The position numbers and the translations under genes are program-made. From contig NC_045138.2 of NCBI RefSeq assembly GCF_008831285.2, positions 15,004,001-15,068,000 on the forward strand: DNA of 64,000 bases, given 5' to 3'. The notes beneath the pieces were generated by a model. That model saw nothing but the letters and a program-made list of their open reading frames with translations, had not been told where the DNA came from and made no database searches. This DNA comes from Nymphaea colorata. Its lineage: Eukaryota. Positions 1-14,419 of the stretch are shown piece by piece; the stretch's first letter is position 1, and each line of letters opens with the position of its first letter.

Positions 1-16
1 TTTATACATATATACA

Positions 17-86
<70 letters not shown>
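1..86. repeat. Compound (CA)n/(TA)n microsatellite
   Basis: Directly visible dinucleotide runs. Confidence 0.95.
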
Positions 87-90
<4 letters not shown>

Positions 91-610
91 TTACAGATTT
101 TTCCAATCTAAGTTTAAACTTAAAATCTTCAGTCCTCAGCACACGACTCTATACAATATATATATACACTCATTTTCTCTTTTGGATTAGTGTACAAAGA
201 AGGCAAATGTAAAACAAATTTAATAGCCCATGCTTGAGAAAATAAAAATAATAATAGTGCATCTATTAATTCTCCAACCAGCCACTCTCCACAGCCACCC
301 ACCTCCAACTTCCAAAATAAAAACACAAAATAAGATTTATCTTGACTTTAAAAATAAAAAATAAAAAAAGAGAACAAGAATTTCTAATTTCTTCCAAAAA
401 ACTTCTATCTTTTCACTCAAAATTTTTAGACTAAAAGTAAGCAAAGGAACATCAATGCCTTAGCTTGCCTCCCTTGATAAAATCAAATAGAAGTGCTTCT
501 TTTCTTCTATTTAGCTCAAGCAAACTACACTATAAACTAAAGTTGCCTCACAATTATGTGTGTTAAAATTAAAATATAGAAAATAATACCTTCTTTTTTT
601 CCTTTTAGTT
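80..610 (+). repeat. Dispersed ~530-bp non-coding repeat, diverged homolog of ~40540-41040 and ~62380-62880
   Basis: Shared collinear strings (tatagaatttacagattt, agtcctcagcacac, gtaaaacaaatttaatagcccatgcttga, caagcaaactacactataaactaaagtt, ttttttccttttagtt). All three copies follow a (TA)n run. Confidence 0.85.
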
Positions 611-1134
611 GGGTTCAAGAGTTCTAAAATTACTCTAGAAAGGATTGAAACCTTATTAAAATGTGGTTAAAATTTGATTAGTAAAAAACTGTGTGGTCTA
701 GGATGTTTAAAAAGGAAAGGGTTAATGAAGCTATATGCTTTTCTGGTGTGAAGTGGTTTTTAAGTTCTTGAGTAGATATTCTTGAAGGTTGAGGCTTCTT
801 AACTGAATGAGATTCCTTATTTTAGAGATTAAATCATGAGCTCTTTGGCTGTAACGAATCAACCTCATGATTCTGTAGGTCTGTCATCATCTTTTTTAAT
901 GTCAAATTAATAAATGTTTGCTATATTATGGTCAGATTCTTCTGTTGTTTTAGAGAAGTTTACTTCTATGGCTGTGAATTTCTGTCAATGGATATGGATG
1001 ATGCTACTTTGCTTATTACAGAGTTTCCTCCACTGATATTTGGCATCGAAACATGCAGTTTTCTATTTAATTTTTAGTTATTGTGTTTTTAAAATTGGCT
1101 TACATGTACAATCTCTATGCATGTGCTATTTCAG

Positions 1135-2328
1135 CAAGAGAGGGAACTCTATGAATATTCACCTAGTAACGGAAAAATCATACATGTGAAAAGTGGAGAG
1201 CTTCTTGACACAACAATAGGTCAAGGTCACCCCTCATGCGAAATGGATCTTTGTCATGTGCACCAATAAAAAGGTTTATGAAGGCATGGTAAACTACTTT
1301 ATTTATCTTCAGATTTAGCTATGAAAATTTTTTGGTGTTCTCGTTCTTCTTGTGAACCACTTGACTTTAAAACATTGTAATTTGCCTTGTATTATTGAAG
1401 ATGCTTTTCATGTATCTCCCAATAAGAGTAAGCCTCGTCTATAGCTAAAAGGGACGTTGGTAGCTGAAGGCAGTTGCCTATTGATCTTAATAGTCTGTGT
1501 CTCCTTTCACACGGATAACTTGTTTCCTTGGATATAGGAAGTCTGAAATTGACAATCTACTTAACCTAATAATCTCAGTTTTCGATTAAAAATCTGATGT
1601 TTTCTATCCGCCTGTATCTAGAAAAAAAGGGGGGAATTTCATCACTCCAGCTTTCTTACTGATGGTGTCACTCTAGCGGCAGGAAGGCTGGCAGCAGAAA
1701 ATGGTGTGCTCAAGGTACTTACCGGGAAATCTCGAGAAACACTTCAACTTCAGTCAATGGTTGTACCGTTGTAGGTTTTTTTTAAGAGAATTGGACTATT
1801 TGATGCCAACAACTCTATCTTCTCTACGTTTCTTCACTTTCAAGATTTTATTGATGGGCATCCTCTGATTTTAGATATCCTGTAATAACTGATAAGTTTC
1901 ATGGGGTGGTAGATTTTCCACGTTAGTTTTTTAGAGTTTATCGAACAAAACCCGCCACATGCTTGAACATTAGCCTTCGCTTGATACACTGCACAATGTT
2001 TGACTGAGAGATCTTACAACCCCAGGTTTTTCTTGATGGGTGGAAAGAGAATCTGTTAGTTGTAATAAACCAGAAGCACTATGTATCTTCCTATAAATAA
2101 CTGATGGCTGGGTTAAGTTTTTCAACCAATGCATTTTTTTTTTTTGCAGTGGCTCACATTTATAAGTTATGTTCGGTTTCCTTTTTCGTATTGTAACTAA
2201 TGCTGAATATTTGACTTTTGTTTCAGAAAGTGTCGGCTTATAGCGGGCACTATCGTCCCACTGATGAGAATCTTGACATCTTCTTGGCATTTCTTAGAGA
2301 GAACGGTGTGAGCCTGGTCGAAGTGGAG
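1135..2328 (+). pseudogene. IQM-family (IQ-motif calmodulin-binding) gene fragment; exons 1135-1288, 1622-1714, 2227-2328
   Basis: AG/GT-bounded exons translate to QERELYEY..GKIIHVKSGELLDT / AKWIFVM..KKVY.G, KKRGEFHHSSFL..G.TLAAGRL.AENGVLK and KVSAYSGHYRPTDENLDIFLAFLRENGVSLVEVE, which match recalled IQM motifs. The first exon is 154 nt and needs a frameshift near 1230-1240 (stop in the entry frame). No later exons are seen before the next gene. Confidence 0.85.
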
Positions 2329-3103
2329 GTTTGTATTTCTCCTGAACATTATACTTTTAACATGTAGCATAGATTTGAAATCTATGCTTTGAGATCTTCA
2401 AAACAGTGGCCTCGAATCTAAGATTGGAGGCTATTCTGCTATCAAGCACAACCTTAGTGTAATTAATCACATTTGGCTCTGCACTCAAATTTGGAAGTGA
2501 GTCCACTGGAAACTCGATAAACCGATCCATTGTTTTCAGAATAGATCATAAGTACAATTTCTTTTGACAGTTCTGATCTAATTTGATTTGATGAGTCAAC
2601 TTCAATCTGGAGCAGACTTATTTCAGATAAATTCTCGTATTCACATTTAGCATGCGATTCAGTTCGCCAGCAATTTTTACAAGGAATTTAAATATATGTT
2701 CATTGCCACTTTCGATCAGCTCAATATATTTACGTCTTTCTAGACGCTTGTGTATCATCTCAGTATCTTGATTTGTTTATAGTGAACCTGGATTTTTAGG
2801 TTCGGGTCTGAATCATGCCATGATGGTAACTTTTTCGGTTTTGATTAAGACATAATACTTAATAGAATCCAATCCAAATCCAGTCCTCTTTGTGAGTCCT
2901 GCTATTTTAAGTCGAGCGGATCCAGGAGCGTCCATTACGGATGGGTCGGTTCTGAACACGGTCCGATTCATCAGGTAGCCTACCTGAAGAAGGAAAAGGT
3001 AAAGCGGACCCCAGCAAGATCCCTCCTCTCTCTCTGTCTCTCTGTCTCTCTGTGCGTGGAAGCGAAGAGTTTTGGGTTGGGAAGGAGAGAAGTGAGGAAG
3101 AAG

Positions 3104-5212
3104 ATGGGGGTTCTTTCGAACAGGATCGATCGGGAGGTCCTGAAGCCAGGCGACCACATCTACTCGTGGAGGAAGGCCTATGTTTATGCCCACCACGGTA
3201 TCCCCCTCTCTCTTTTTTAATTACTTGGCCAGACTTTCGCCTTCCTTATTTTTGTTATGTTGTTGTTTTGGTATGATCGGAATGCTCTGGGAAAAAAGAG
3301 TGACGATACGTTCCAATTTTCGTTTCCTGTGAATTTTGGAATTTGGAGTATGACGGTTGGGATGCATAGTTTTGGAAGATACCTGGTTGTTCGTTGCAAC
3401 TTTTCCTATTGGACCTTCTTGGTTTGAAGATTGGATTTTCCTGCAATTTTCAGGGGAGAAAATTCAAGCTCCTTTTGCTTTATAATTATAGGTTTTAGAT
3501 GTAAATCTTTTTTGTTGCTGGTAAATGAAAAAATTGGATAACTTTAGACTCTTTTGTTGGTCTGGGGAAGCCTTTCTCAATTAAAAAGGTTTCTTAGAAT
3601 TATTTGCTCAAATGAAGGGTGTTCTGCAGCAATAATTTGAAAACCTGAAATGTCGTTTGATGATAATTACTAGTTTCTCTGTGATATGCGGAACTTGTGG
3701 AGAGATATTGGGGTCTACTGCTTTTTTGGTGGTTTCTTACTGAAGCATTTGTGTGTTGTTTAGATGTGGCTTGGTGAAATATCTATCTTTTCCGTGAGAT
3801 CATAAGTTTCTTTTGCTTGGTCAAGTTAGTGTCCCTCTCATGACGAGAATAAGAAATTGTGTTGCATCGTGGGTGTTGATATTGCTAGGGCCGAGTAATT
3901 TTGTAAGCAATGCTTTTTGCATGGTCGTCTTATTTAGCTGAAGTTGGAGCAAATGTGAGAAAATTTATTGAATTGGTGCCATCAAAGAGGTGAATCTTCA
4001 CTCACGATTTTTGTTTGAGTCTTTCTGATTCCTGCGATCAACGTTCTTTAGGCGTCAACTCTTTCAGGCTTTCTTCATGTTAGTCTGCAAGTAAAAGCAA
4101 CACGAACAATTGAAGGACGATCTAGAAGTGGGAACAGCGATCTTGGAGCTAACCAGAGATTGAACTAGAAGCAAATCTATCGTTATCTGGCTGTCGGAAG
4201 ATGGGCTTTTCGGGCATTGTTTGACGTCGTAATTGGTTGGCAATCTGTTTTGGCATTTTTTCTACGTTTCCAAGAAACCTTTTCCCATGTCTCATGTGTG
4301 TGTATACTTTGGTTACACATACCTTTATTTGCAATCCACACAATCTTTCGGAGACCAAATGTGAAATATAATATTCTATTGGCATTTCTGTATTACCCTG
4401 AATGTCAGCTAATTCTGTTTTTTTTTTCTTTTTGTTACCTATTGATTGTTGATACAGAGAATTTTCCGTTTTTGTAGTTACTCTGCCTCTAACATAACAC
4501 CACCACCAATTAAATTATGTGTAACTTTGGGCTTTTGATCTTTCACAAAACAGGGATCTACGTCGGCGATGATAAAGTCATCCATTTCACTAGAGGTGAA
4601 GGCCAAGAGATGGGTACAGGAACTGTGCTCGATATTCTCCTTGTAAGCTCCAGCCTGAATCCAAGACATCCTCCTTGTCCCAACTGTGCCCAGCAACAGG
4701 GTAGTAATGGAGTGGCCTCTTCATGCCTCAGTTGCTTCTTGGCTGGTGGCTATCTTTATCGATTTGAGTACTCTGTAAGCCCTGCTTTCTTCCTTGCTAA
4801 AGCAAGGGGAGGGACATGCACCTGCGCCGATGCAGATCCTGCTGAAACTGTGATCCACAGAGCCACCCACTTGCTAGAGAATGGCTTTGGATGCTACAAC
4901 ATTTTCAAGAACAACTGTGAGGATTTTGCCATATACTGCAAGACAGGTCTGATATCTGCGGATGAGAGAACTATCGGGCAGAGTGGTCAAGCAATGTCCT
5001 TTCTCGCTGCAGCCTTTTCATCACCACTGCGTCTTGCAACAAGCAATGTGTATGGGATGGCAGTAACGGCTATAGGAGTATACTGTGCGAGCCGATATGC
5101 GGCTGATGTTGGCATGAGAAGCGGTGTAATGAAAGTTTCTGTGGAGGATCTAACAGGAAGGCTTGGTGGTGTAAATGGCATGCTGTCAAGGGTGACTAGT
5201 GTTGCAGACTAG
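3104..5212 (+). CDS. NC-domain / LRAT-like (permuted NlpC/P60) protein, LEAD-SENSITIVE 1-like; exons 3104-3197 and 4554-5212
   Basis: Exon 1 is [33 protein letters not shown] phase-1 GT..AG intron (3198-4553) joins it in frame to [13 protein letters not shown]...[13 protein letters not shown]. The H/H/NCE catalytic signature is intact. Confidence 0.93.
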
Positions 5213-6938
5213 CAGAATCATCTCAAAATGCCTGCAACTTTGCCTGCCATTGTCCTCGTTTTGGCGTCATTGAGTGCCTCTTCTTATTGTGCATGTACTT
5301 GCAAGGAGTGAACTCTCAAGTGTACGACTGATTTGTTTCTTTTAATTTACTTGGTTCAGGATAAACTCAAAATGTGCGACTTCTTTTTATATTTTCGAGG
5401 AATGACTTGAGCATGGGGCTGAGTTCATAAGTTTCAGAAGCTTTTGATGGTTGTAAGTTTTAATCAATAATAACTTGCATTATTAAATTTTTAATATAAA
5501 TGTGCTTTTAATGCAATTTTGCTAAAAAAAATACCAAAATTTTATAAAATGAATTTAAAGTACGAAGATTACCAGATAGTTTCCGTAGATCGAGAAGAGC
5601 TGGAATAACTTCAAAATTACTGTTCTCCCAAAACAAATCAGAAGACATTTAAGAGTTCAAGGCCTGGTATTGCTAGATATTTAAGAGTTATACACTATAT
5701 TCACGCATAATGGGATTTTGTCGAGGGATGAAAAATGTCATAAAGGTCGTGTTTTTTGGCTGAAAAACTTAGGAAAACCTAAGTTAAGCCTTGGGTTGTC
5801 CGTAGCAAATAAAAAGTAGACTACGATTCACGAAAGGTACTTAATTTTAAAACGCTCAATTTTTTTTTTTTTTTTTTGGCTCAACGGTCTTTCGTTCAAC
5901 GGTGCGTTAGAAGTGCAAAACACCACGATGATTGATGAGACGTAATATTTTTCAAAGTTATACCCTTTAGATATTATATTTTCTTTAGAAAAAGTTAAAA
6001 TGTTATGAGATACAACCTATTCCTTGCCTAGATTCTCTCAAAACAAAAAGAAAAGAAAAAAAGTTCTACAGTCAAACGCCCATCAACGTGCTTATAAAGA
6101 AGTGAATAATCTCTATAACAGACTAGGCACAAACTTTAATTCAGAAAAACAATATTTTAAACCATAATTTATTTGAAAAAAGGTTCAGATTCATATTAAA
6201 GAAATTATGATTCTCGTTTCTCAGAAAAAGCGAAAAGGTATCAGCTTCTAGGTAGCTTCATGGAAGAATGAGCTTCAGATATTCTTTACATAAACTGTGG
6301 GCTCAGGCGGTTTCTACTTTCTCGTACTCATCTGGAAAAGAAAGTGGGAGAGAAAGAAAAACAGGAAATGGGAGCCAACTGATAAATTAGATATCCAACT
6401 TGTTTGGAAAAATTTACAACACCACACTCGATTTCTATTGTACTATAAAAACAGGCTCAGGTCTTAATTATTCTCAAATCATAGGCCACTCAATACTCAT
6501 GGGTCCAGGATGAGCTGTTTAAGAAGAAGGGACGACGAAGGAGGGGAAAGAAAAGAGAATATATAAGACAGGTTTAAAAAAAAAAAAATTAAGCTTTATA
6601 TGAGACGACGAGTTCCTGTTCCTGTTCATCCATTCCAATGGGATGTATTACTTTCCTTCCCCTCAAACAAAAAAAAAATCGTATTTTGAATTGTTTAAAA
6701 GAAGAAAGAAGGATGATATGGAAAAAAAAGTATATGCCTTCTTGTATATGAGACTTCAGTCACGATTTCTCTTCTTTCTAATCGGAGATCACTTTTGCCT
6801 TTCTATCTTTTTGGCTAGCCTTGATTGGGACAGCGCAACTCTTAACTGGTGGACCAGCTTATTCCACCATTGGCCAATGATCATGTTTCTATTTCTAATC
6901 CCTTGAATGTACTCCAAATTTGAATAAAACTTAGACAA

Positions 6939-8639
6939 TATTTCTTAATGATCAAAAAATCTTTCAAACATCGTCTTAATTTTGGCAGGAAAAAAATATC
7001 GCTGCTTCTTGATCTTAAGTTATTGCCACCGGTATCAATTACGTACACTATATTATATACGAAAAAAAGGAAAAAAAATCACAAGAAAAGAAATGTGTCG
7101 TTCTTAAACTGGGACCAACCATCTTGTGGCATCAATTCTGCACACGAAGGATCCCTACTGAGTAAAGCAGCTTTGCCCTCAGAACTATTCCCCAGATTGT
7201 CTTGTAAAGTAAGAACGAATAATTCTAAAGTAGCGAATGTATCCTTCCCCGCATTTAGAACAAACAAGAGCGAGAGTTTAAGCAAACACAAAATAGATTT
7301 ATGTTTAGATTATTTTAAATTAATTGTTGGCCACAACTTTATTGTCAGAAACTTGGAAACTATTTTCCCTTTCAATAGAATTGTGGCTACCCTCAAAGAA
7401 TGAGAATGAGATAGATAAAACAGCATGAGTTCAATATTGCAGTTTTGTCGATCTCTGTCCCGAGCTCTAATCATGGTTAAGAACTTTTTAATATTCATTT
7501 AGGAAAAACTATAAAACTCCCAAGGCGGTACCTTTATCTTTTAAGGTACTGACTTATTCAGGGTCTGAGTAGATCTATAATACATCTTTCAACTTTGGTA
7601 TTGGGTTTGTCTCTTTTTGCTGTCCAAAAAAGTAACACACCAAAGCTTGACAACAACTATAAGATTCGAAACTCGGACCTCATCTTACCACTGGGACCAC
7701 TGGGCTTTCGATATGCCCTTGAGCACAATGGTCATAGTTAAAATCAATTAGTAACAAACGTACTAGATGGTGCTGGTGTTGAATGCTTGCATTCAGATAT
7801 TTCTTAATGATCAAAGAATCTTTCGAACATCGTCTTAATTTTAGCAGGCAAAAAAGATCACTGCTTCTTGATCTCAAGTTATTGCCACCCAATGTGTGGC
7901 ATCAGTTACACTATATTATATACGAAAAAAAGAAAAAAAAAATCACAAGAAAAGAAACGTGTCGTTCTTAAACTGGGGTCGACCATCTTGAGACATCAAT
8001 TCTGCACACGAATGATCCCTACTAAGTCAAGCATCTTTGCCCTCAGAACTATTCCCCAAATTGTCTTGTAAAATAAGAACGAATAATTCTAAAGCAGCGA
8101 ATGTATCCTTCCCCGTATTTAGAACAAAGAAGAGCGAGAGTTTAAGCAAACACAAAATAGATTTATGTTTTGATCATTTCAACTTAATGTTGGCCTCAAC
8201 TTTATTGTCAGAAACTTGGAAACTATTTTCCCTTTCAATAGAATTGTGCAGCTACCCTCAAAGAATGAAAAATAAGAATGAGATAGATAAAACAGAATAA
8301 TGCAAGAATTCAATATGGCAGTTTTGTCGATCTCTGTCCCAAGCTCTAATTATGGTTAAAAACTTTTTAATATTCATTTAGAAAAAATTGTAAAGCTCCC
8401 AAGGACATACCCTTATGCTTTCAAGGTACTGACTTATTCCAGGGTCTGAGTGGATCTACAATACATCTTTCAACTCTGGTGTGGAAAAATAACACACCAA
8501 AGCTTGAAAGCGACTATAACATTCAAAACTCGGACCTCACCTTACCACTGGGCTTTCACTATGCCCTTGAGGACAATGGTCATAGTTAAAATTAATTAGT
8601 GACAAACTTACTAGATGGTGTTGAATGCTTGCATTCAGA
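6939..8639 (+). repeat. Tandem duplication of an ~850-bp non-coding unit (about 6939-7797 and 7798-8639)
   Basis: Both units start tatttcttaatgatcaaa and end gaatgcttgcattcaga, are collinear throughout, and differ by scattered substitutions and indels. Confidence 0.9.
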
Positions 8640-9430
8640 CACCATTTCCTGCCCCTCTCTTATACCAAGTCGCGGCTCTGATGGAGGCCAAACACTACAA
8701 GGCCATCTAATCATGATAACATTATAGAGTTCTTCATACTCATATTCCTGAGATGCATGTTTCAAGAAACATACCATGTTATTGTTTTAAGAAGCGTTGT
8801 GCTATCATGTCTACCATTTGATTATTGAATACACAAACAACACCTGCAATTTTCTCATTTAATTGGGACACAAGCATATGGTGTTAATTACTAGAACCAC
8901 TTATTTTAGGAACATATTTGATATGTTCCAAGAAGATAATGCTTTTCTTGCCAAATGTCCTTTGACATTCAGGCCCCAGAACATAAAATCTACCTAAACA
9001 TAGATATTCTCAATCTTAATGTGTCTCGAATGGTTGGTCGGCCACTTTCACCCTTAGCACATTGGACATGGCTGGTTTCAACTTTGAACAGGAAAGAATA
9101 GAAACTTGAGCTTTCTCTCTAGTTGATAACGAAGCTAGATTTTGTACGATCATGGTCGACCCCATAAGAGGGGAGCCAGCATTATATGAGTGAGTTTCGT
9201 TGATGCCTTCCACAGTTTGATCCAACATGGATCACGTTTTTGGCCTTCCATCTCTTCGGTTTTTATATAAGCTTCGATGAAGCAGTTTGTACAAGGCATC
9301 AGAATAAGTTGAGGAAAATGTTGGAGGATGGAGTCTGATTTATATTGAATAGGCTTCCCTAATTTCCAAGGGCTTTTATGTAATTTTGAATTTGCCTCAA
9401 TCCCCATGTTAAGGAGGGGGAGGGTCAGGG

Positions 9431-9803
9431 TAGGGCTGCACAGGAGCCGAGTCGAGCCCGAGCTTGGATAGCTTTAACCCATTTAACTCCTTTAAGCATT
9501 AACTCGTTTAACATTAACTCATGTAAGCATTAACTCGTTTAACTCATGTAAGTGTTAACTAGTATAAACGTTTAATTCTGGTAGCTTGTGAAGCTGGCTT
9601 TGGCAATATTATACAAAGTACTTATTTGCGAGTTGAGTGGAGTATAAACGAGTCGAATTCCTGAAACACGAACTCTCGTTTATTGTTTCAAGTATTTTTT
9701 TCAGCTCAAACTCGGCTCCGTTATAAATTAGTCGAGCACGAGCAGAGTTTTTTATAACAAGTTGGAGTCGAGCCCAGTTGGCTTCGCTCATTGCGCAGCC
9801 CTA
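9431..9803. mobile_element. hAT-type MITE (373 bp)
   Basis: TIRs TAGGGCTGC..GCAGCCCTA; flanks GGTCAGGG (9423-9430) and GGTGAGGG (9804-9811) form an 8-bp TSD with one mismatch; subterminal CGAGC/AACTCG repeats. Confidence 0.85.
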
Positions 9804-10354
9804 GGTGAGGGCAATTATTTTTCTTCTACTCTTGATCTTCTTGAGTTAATAAAAAGAAATCTGAAGGAGAACTGTTTTCGAACCACATAAAAAAAATCTT
9901 GTGTATTCTTCTTTGTCTTCCTCGTCATTGTTCCTTCTAGTTTTGAGAGTGAGAAAAAGAGAAGTTGTTTAATCTCTCATACTGATCATAAGTCCTTTCT
10001 TGCAATTTTGTGTATAAATGAGATACCGATTGAGCAAAAGAATTTAACAACACGTAATGCATGATGTCATGACTTATAAACTATATATGTCATCCCTACT
10101 TTCATTTGAAAACCGGGGCGAATGCACCCGCAAAATCACTAAATTCAAGGTCGGGCTTTGAAAAATTCACATACGCTCTTGATCAAATCGAATATAGAAG
10201 GACGGAGATCTTTTCCAGAAATTAGTTTTTCATTATCTTCTTGACAAAGATTCTGTAGAACAATATGCAAAATGAAATTGTCTGGGTTTGGTTAATTATA
10301 CTTGGAATTCTGGTTCTCTGAATGCCAACTGGAGTCTGTTGGAATCGATTTGAT

Positions 10355-11091
10355 CATTAATAGTTAGTTGCAGTGAATAACTTGGATTATACCAAAGTCC
10401 GATCAAGATGAATTTGGATTCTCAGAGAGAAAACACATGAACTTGATGTAAGTCTGGGTGGCAGGGCTGAGCCAGTCCTCACTTGCTTGACCTATAAAGG
10501 CCTGGCCAGCCCTTATGAGCGTGAACATGGTCCCAGGCCGAGCCATAGCCAAGTTTTCATGTCGAGACAATATCTCTTCAACTACATGTCTAGTCCATTC
10601 TACAGGAATCAACTTTTCCCATTTTTCAAATTACACTTGTTCAGGCCTTATTTGGGTGCCCATAACTTGAGCCGACCTAACCCATTAGGTAGAAGGGCCG
10701 GGCTTCATATGCTTCATTCAAGTACTTTTTCATGTTAGCGACTTGACTTTTTCTGGGGTGGGTTCGAAGGCAGAACCAGATCTGCACTTGGTATAAAGCA
10801 TGTTTCGACCAAAAGATCATGTTGGAATGTCACCGAGAGAAGTCCAGGTGGTATTAAGATGTAGGCACGCTTCACCCAAAGAGGACCTTACATTTGGTAT
10901 CTAGATTTTGGTGCTCAAAGCCAAATACCAAAAGTGAACAACAAAGGCATCTGGTTTAAATTTTTGTCCTCCGTGATCTTCTTGTTCTAGCGCAGGTTGT
11001 GCCGGCAATTTCTCTTAGAAGAAAAGCCATCTTAAGTGGTTGAAAGAGTTCCTACTTCCTAGCCATTAACAAAGGGGAACTACAAGAAAAT
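10355..11091 (+). repeat. ~735-bp segment duplicated at 15014-15745 (3' flank of the PUP repeat unit)
   Basis: Collinear and highly similar from cattaatagttagtt to gggaactacaagaaaat. Confidence 0.92.
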
Positions 11092-11507
11092 TATGACCCT
11101 CATGCTGTTTATAAAAAGCCAGGTTTCAGGTGTGTCATCCAAACAAATAAAATTAAGTTTTCAAAACACATTAAAAAGTTTTCATAAAACTGAGTTAGAT
11201 TATGGTGTCATCCAAACGCCTCCTTGTGGTGATGTAGCCACGTTGTGGCTGGAGTGGGCAATTGCCCACATCAGACCATTAAATTTACATTATTTATATA
11301 TAAAAACTTCATTAATTTTTATTTTCTTTAAGTACGAGTGCCTAAGTTTCTGACTCTGCCACTGTCCCTTATAATTCAAAGTTATCACGCATCGAGTGCC
11401 CGGTCAATTCAGTGGGTTTAGATCGTCAGTGCACTTAATTCATTGCTCACACAGGCGGCCCTACCAAGAGAATGTATGTTCACATATACAAGGTTATAAT
11501 TTTCCAA

Positions 11508-11886
11508 ACAAAGTAAAAGCCTTGATAGCAAGGCAGACGAGACACAACCTACTGAGATGCATAAATGGTCTAAAATGACTATAACCCAGTACAAGAATCC
11601 ACGTTTCAGTACTAAGCCACCAATCTTATTCTTGTTTCCTTGGGCCTCCTTCCCTTCTTGCTGCCCATTGGCGCTCATGGCTGTTGGCAGCTTGTTCATC
11701 ATCTCCACTGCAAAAAAACAAACAAAAATAACAGTCAAGTCCATGTCAGTTTCCCTTCCCTCGATGCAAAATTGAGATGAGAACAGAACAACCACATGAC
11801 CCTTTTTTCTTGACAACTTCTTCAAATAAACGGTATCCATGATCAGGATATTGGCCATTGTGGTGGTAGACGGGATAAACCTCCAT
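11508..11886 (-). pseudogene. Purine permease pseudogene 1 (exon 1, intron and start of exon 2 only)
   Basis: Very similar to ~16981-17358 up to ..VSSALLSRL. It then has an extra A and homology stops; most of the coding region is missing. Confidence 0.88.
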
Positions 11887-13196
11887 GTCTGCTCTCCTGC
11901 TTCATCTTAAAGAGAGAAGCACTACATGGGGATGGTTGGTTAGGGAAAGGGACATGACATGACGATTTGAACCGTGACAGATACAGACATGCACGTGGTA
12001 ATGCAACAAACTGCTCGGGATCTAAAAAGACGTATGATTTGCTAAGGAAATGAGGACTCTAAGATCAGTAAGTAAAGCTGGTAGCTGAAAGGATTGGACA
12101 TGAGCAATGAAAAACAGAACTTACTCTGAAGAACAGTATGGAATGACTGATCATGGGGAGCATGAGGTTCAGCCATGGCGAGCTCTTTCTTCTCAGGCTG
12201 TGGAGGAAGAAGAGAAGGTGTGCACAAGTTAATCACCTTAGCATATCGTTTTGTACAAGTCGGTCGTGGGACCCTTTAGACCTGATTTCAGGAAAGCATG
12301 GAAAAAAGATAGGAGCCTTTAGACCTGGATTTCAGAAAAGCATGGAAAAAAGATGGGAGCCTTTAGAGCCTGACCACACTTCAGGCAGCAGTAGCGGTAA
12401 TAACTGTTAAGAGTCTGTTACCTAGAAGCAAGGGAATCTTGTCCTATGTAAAAATTTCCTTTTCACAAAGATCTAAACGTGAGATAATCGCTTTGAACCT
12501 GAAATTTTTCAGGTTTTCTTGAGATAATGTCGACAAGTTAGTGGCAGGTAAATGTAAAAAGAATATGTAACTGTTCTAGATATATAGCATAAAAATGTGC
12601 AGCAAACTTTTCCATACTACAGCAGACAAAACAGATTACCGGATATCTATTTTGGTGCATTATTGATTTTTCTAAGGCAAGCACTAGTTTCGAAAAAGTG
12701 TGCCTCCAAGGTCCTATATTGACTGAAAAAATATCAACGTGAACTCGGGCTTAATTAGATAACTGGTTGGTTAACTTGATCAACAAAGTATTCATTAATC
12801 TAATTCTGAAGCAACTCTGCAGGGGGTAGTTCCCTATCTAATTAATGTAGCGCGTTTTTAACATGGTTTATTTATCAATCTAATTGGCTTTAATCACATT
12901 AGAGGAATCCTAACTTTCAAATTTTGGCAACATTATGAGGTACCCTTCAAGGTTGTCCTAATAATCAAACAAGTAACTTCTTCTATATATATATATATGA
13001 GAGATTCAAGATAATAGCACTATTATGGCGAAGATATTATCTTATTACTTTGCAACCTTAAATAGCATAAATATGAGGCTGCACTGGAAAATTCTCCAGT
13101 CAAGGTTTGACATATCGAAGTCCGTTAAAGGCGAATAGGATCTTTGACAGCTTTCTACGCAAAAGGGATGGTAGAGAGTTGTCCTTTGCCCTGTTG

Positions 13197-13243
<47 letters not shown>

Positions 13244-13421
13244 TATATGACCCACACAATGCACAAGTGGTTGTTTGTTGGTTAGAGGACACAAAGTACA
13301 TGTTTATTTCCTATAATAAGCTAAGCCCAGCCCATTGCTATTTTTCTGGTTGACGTCAAGCTTTACTCTCCACAAATGGGTGACCAAAATCCCAAATCTT
13401 GCCATGAGGTTGCACCTTTCA

Positions 13422-13492
<71 letters not shown>

Positions 13493-14380
13493 AGAATTTG
13501 CTTTCAAAGTCTCGTATGTTTTATGGTCATGGAACCTCAGATATTAAATGATTTACATATGAAAAGGCAACCCAGTTCCGCCGTTGGTTCGGGAACTGGA
13601 GGGCCGGCCTCCCTTTCTCTAGGGCGACTATCGGCGGCGGTGGTGGAAACAGATGAAGAAAGGAAAAAATAAAAAAATAAAATCTGAGATGAATGGCTTT
13701 AATTTGATGTATGATCTTGAATGGCGGTGCAATCATTCAATAAACGAGAGAGAGCTTCCCCAAAATATCATAAATTCTTTAGCCATTTAACTGTAGCTAA
13801 TTAATTTTACAGCGCGTTCCGTTGTTGGTGGTGTGATCGTTCGTCTGAGTTCGGTCAATTTAGTTGTTTTAATATTTAATGTGTCACAAAGTCAGGGTGG
13901 GATTTAAACTTTAGTTGGTTCCGCCCTTGGATGGGAGGATCTCTAATTCACAAGCCTGAAATTTGTAAATTTCAGGTCCAATAGGAAAGGGTTTGATCTT
14001 GAATGCGATCTCGAATACACAATCGAAGCATTAGCAGGAAATTTCCTCCCGCGACTGATGGGTGCCGCCACACGTAAGATGAAATCGGAGATATGATGAA
14101 CACCGAAGAAGAGAAGAGAATCAAGAGACTTTTTGTCTCGCCCGTATGTACTCCATTCAAACAACACATTATCCTCGATGAAAACCCACTAAAATGTGTG
14201 GGTTTTAACTTTTTTCCGTTTTCTTTCACACCTATGAAGTCCACCATAAGCCAAAGCCCACCGTAAAACAAGCAAACATACATATATAAATAAATAGGAA
14301 AATTGAATGGTTCCTTTAGTTTTTGATAGTCAATCAACTATTTAATCAAGACCCTCCAATCACACATGATGGATGGTTAC

Positions 14381-14419
<39 letters not shown>

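Noticed and set aside
8592..9260. Exon-like minus-strand segments with a TATA-like motif
   Set aside because: Multiple stops and no family I can recognise.
13045..13672. ORFs with YIYIYI runs (also RERERE near 14385)
   Set aside because: These are translations of (AT)n and (AG)n microsatellites.
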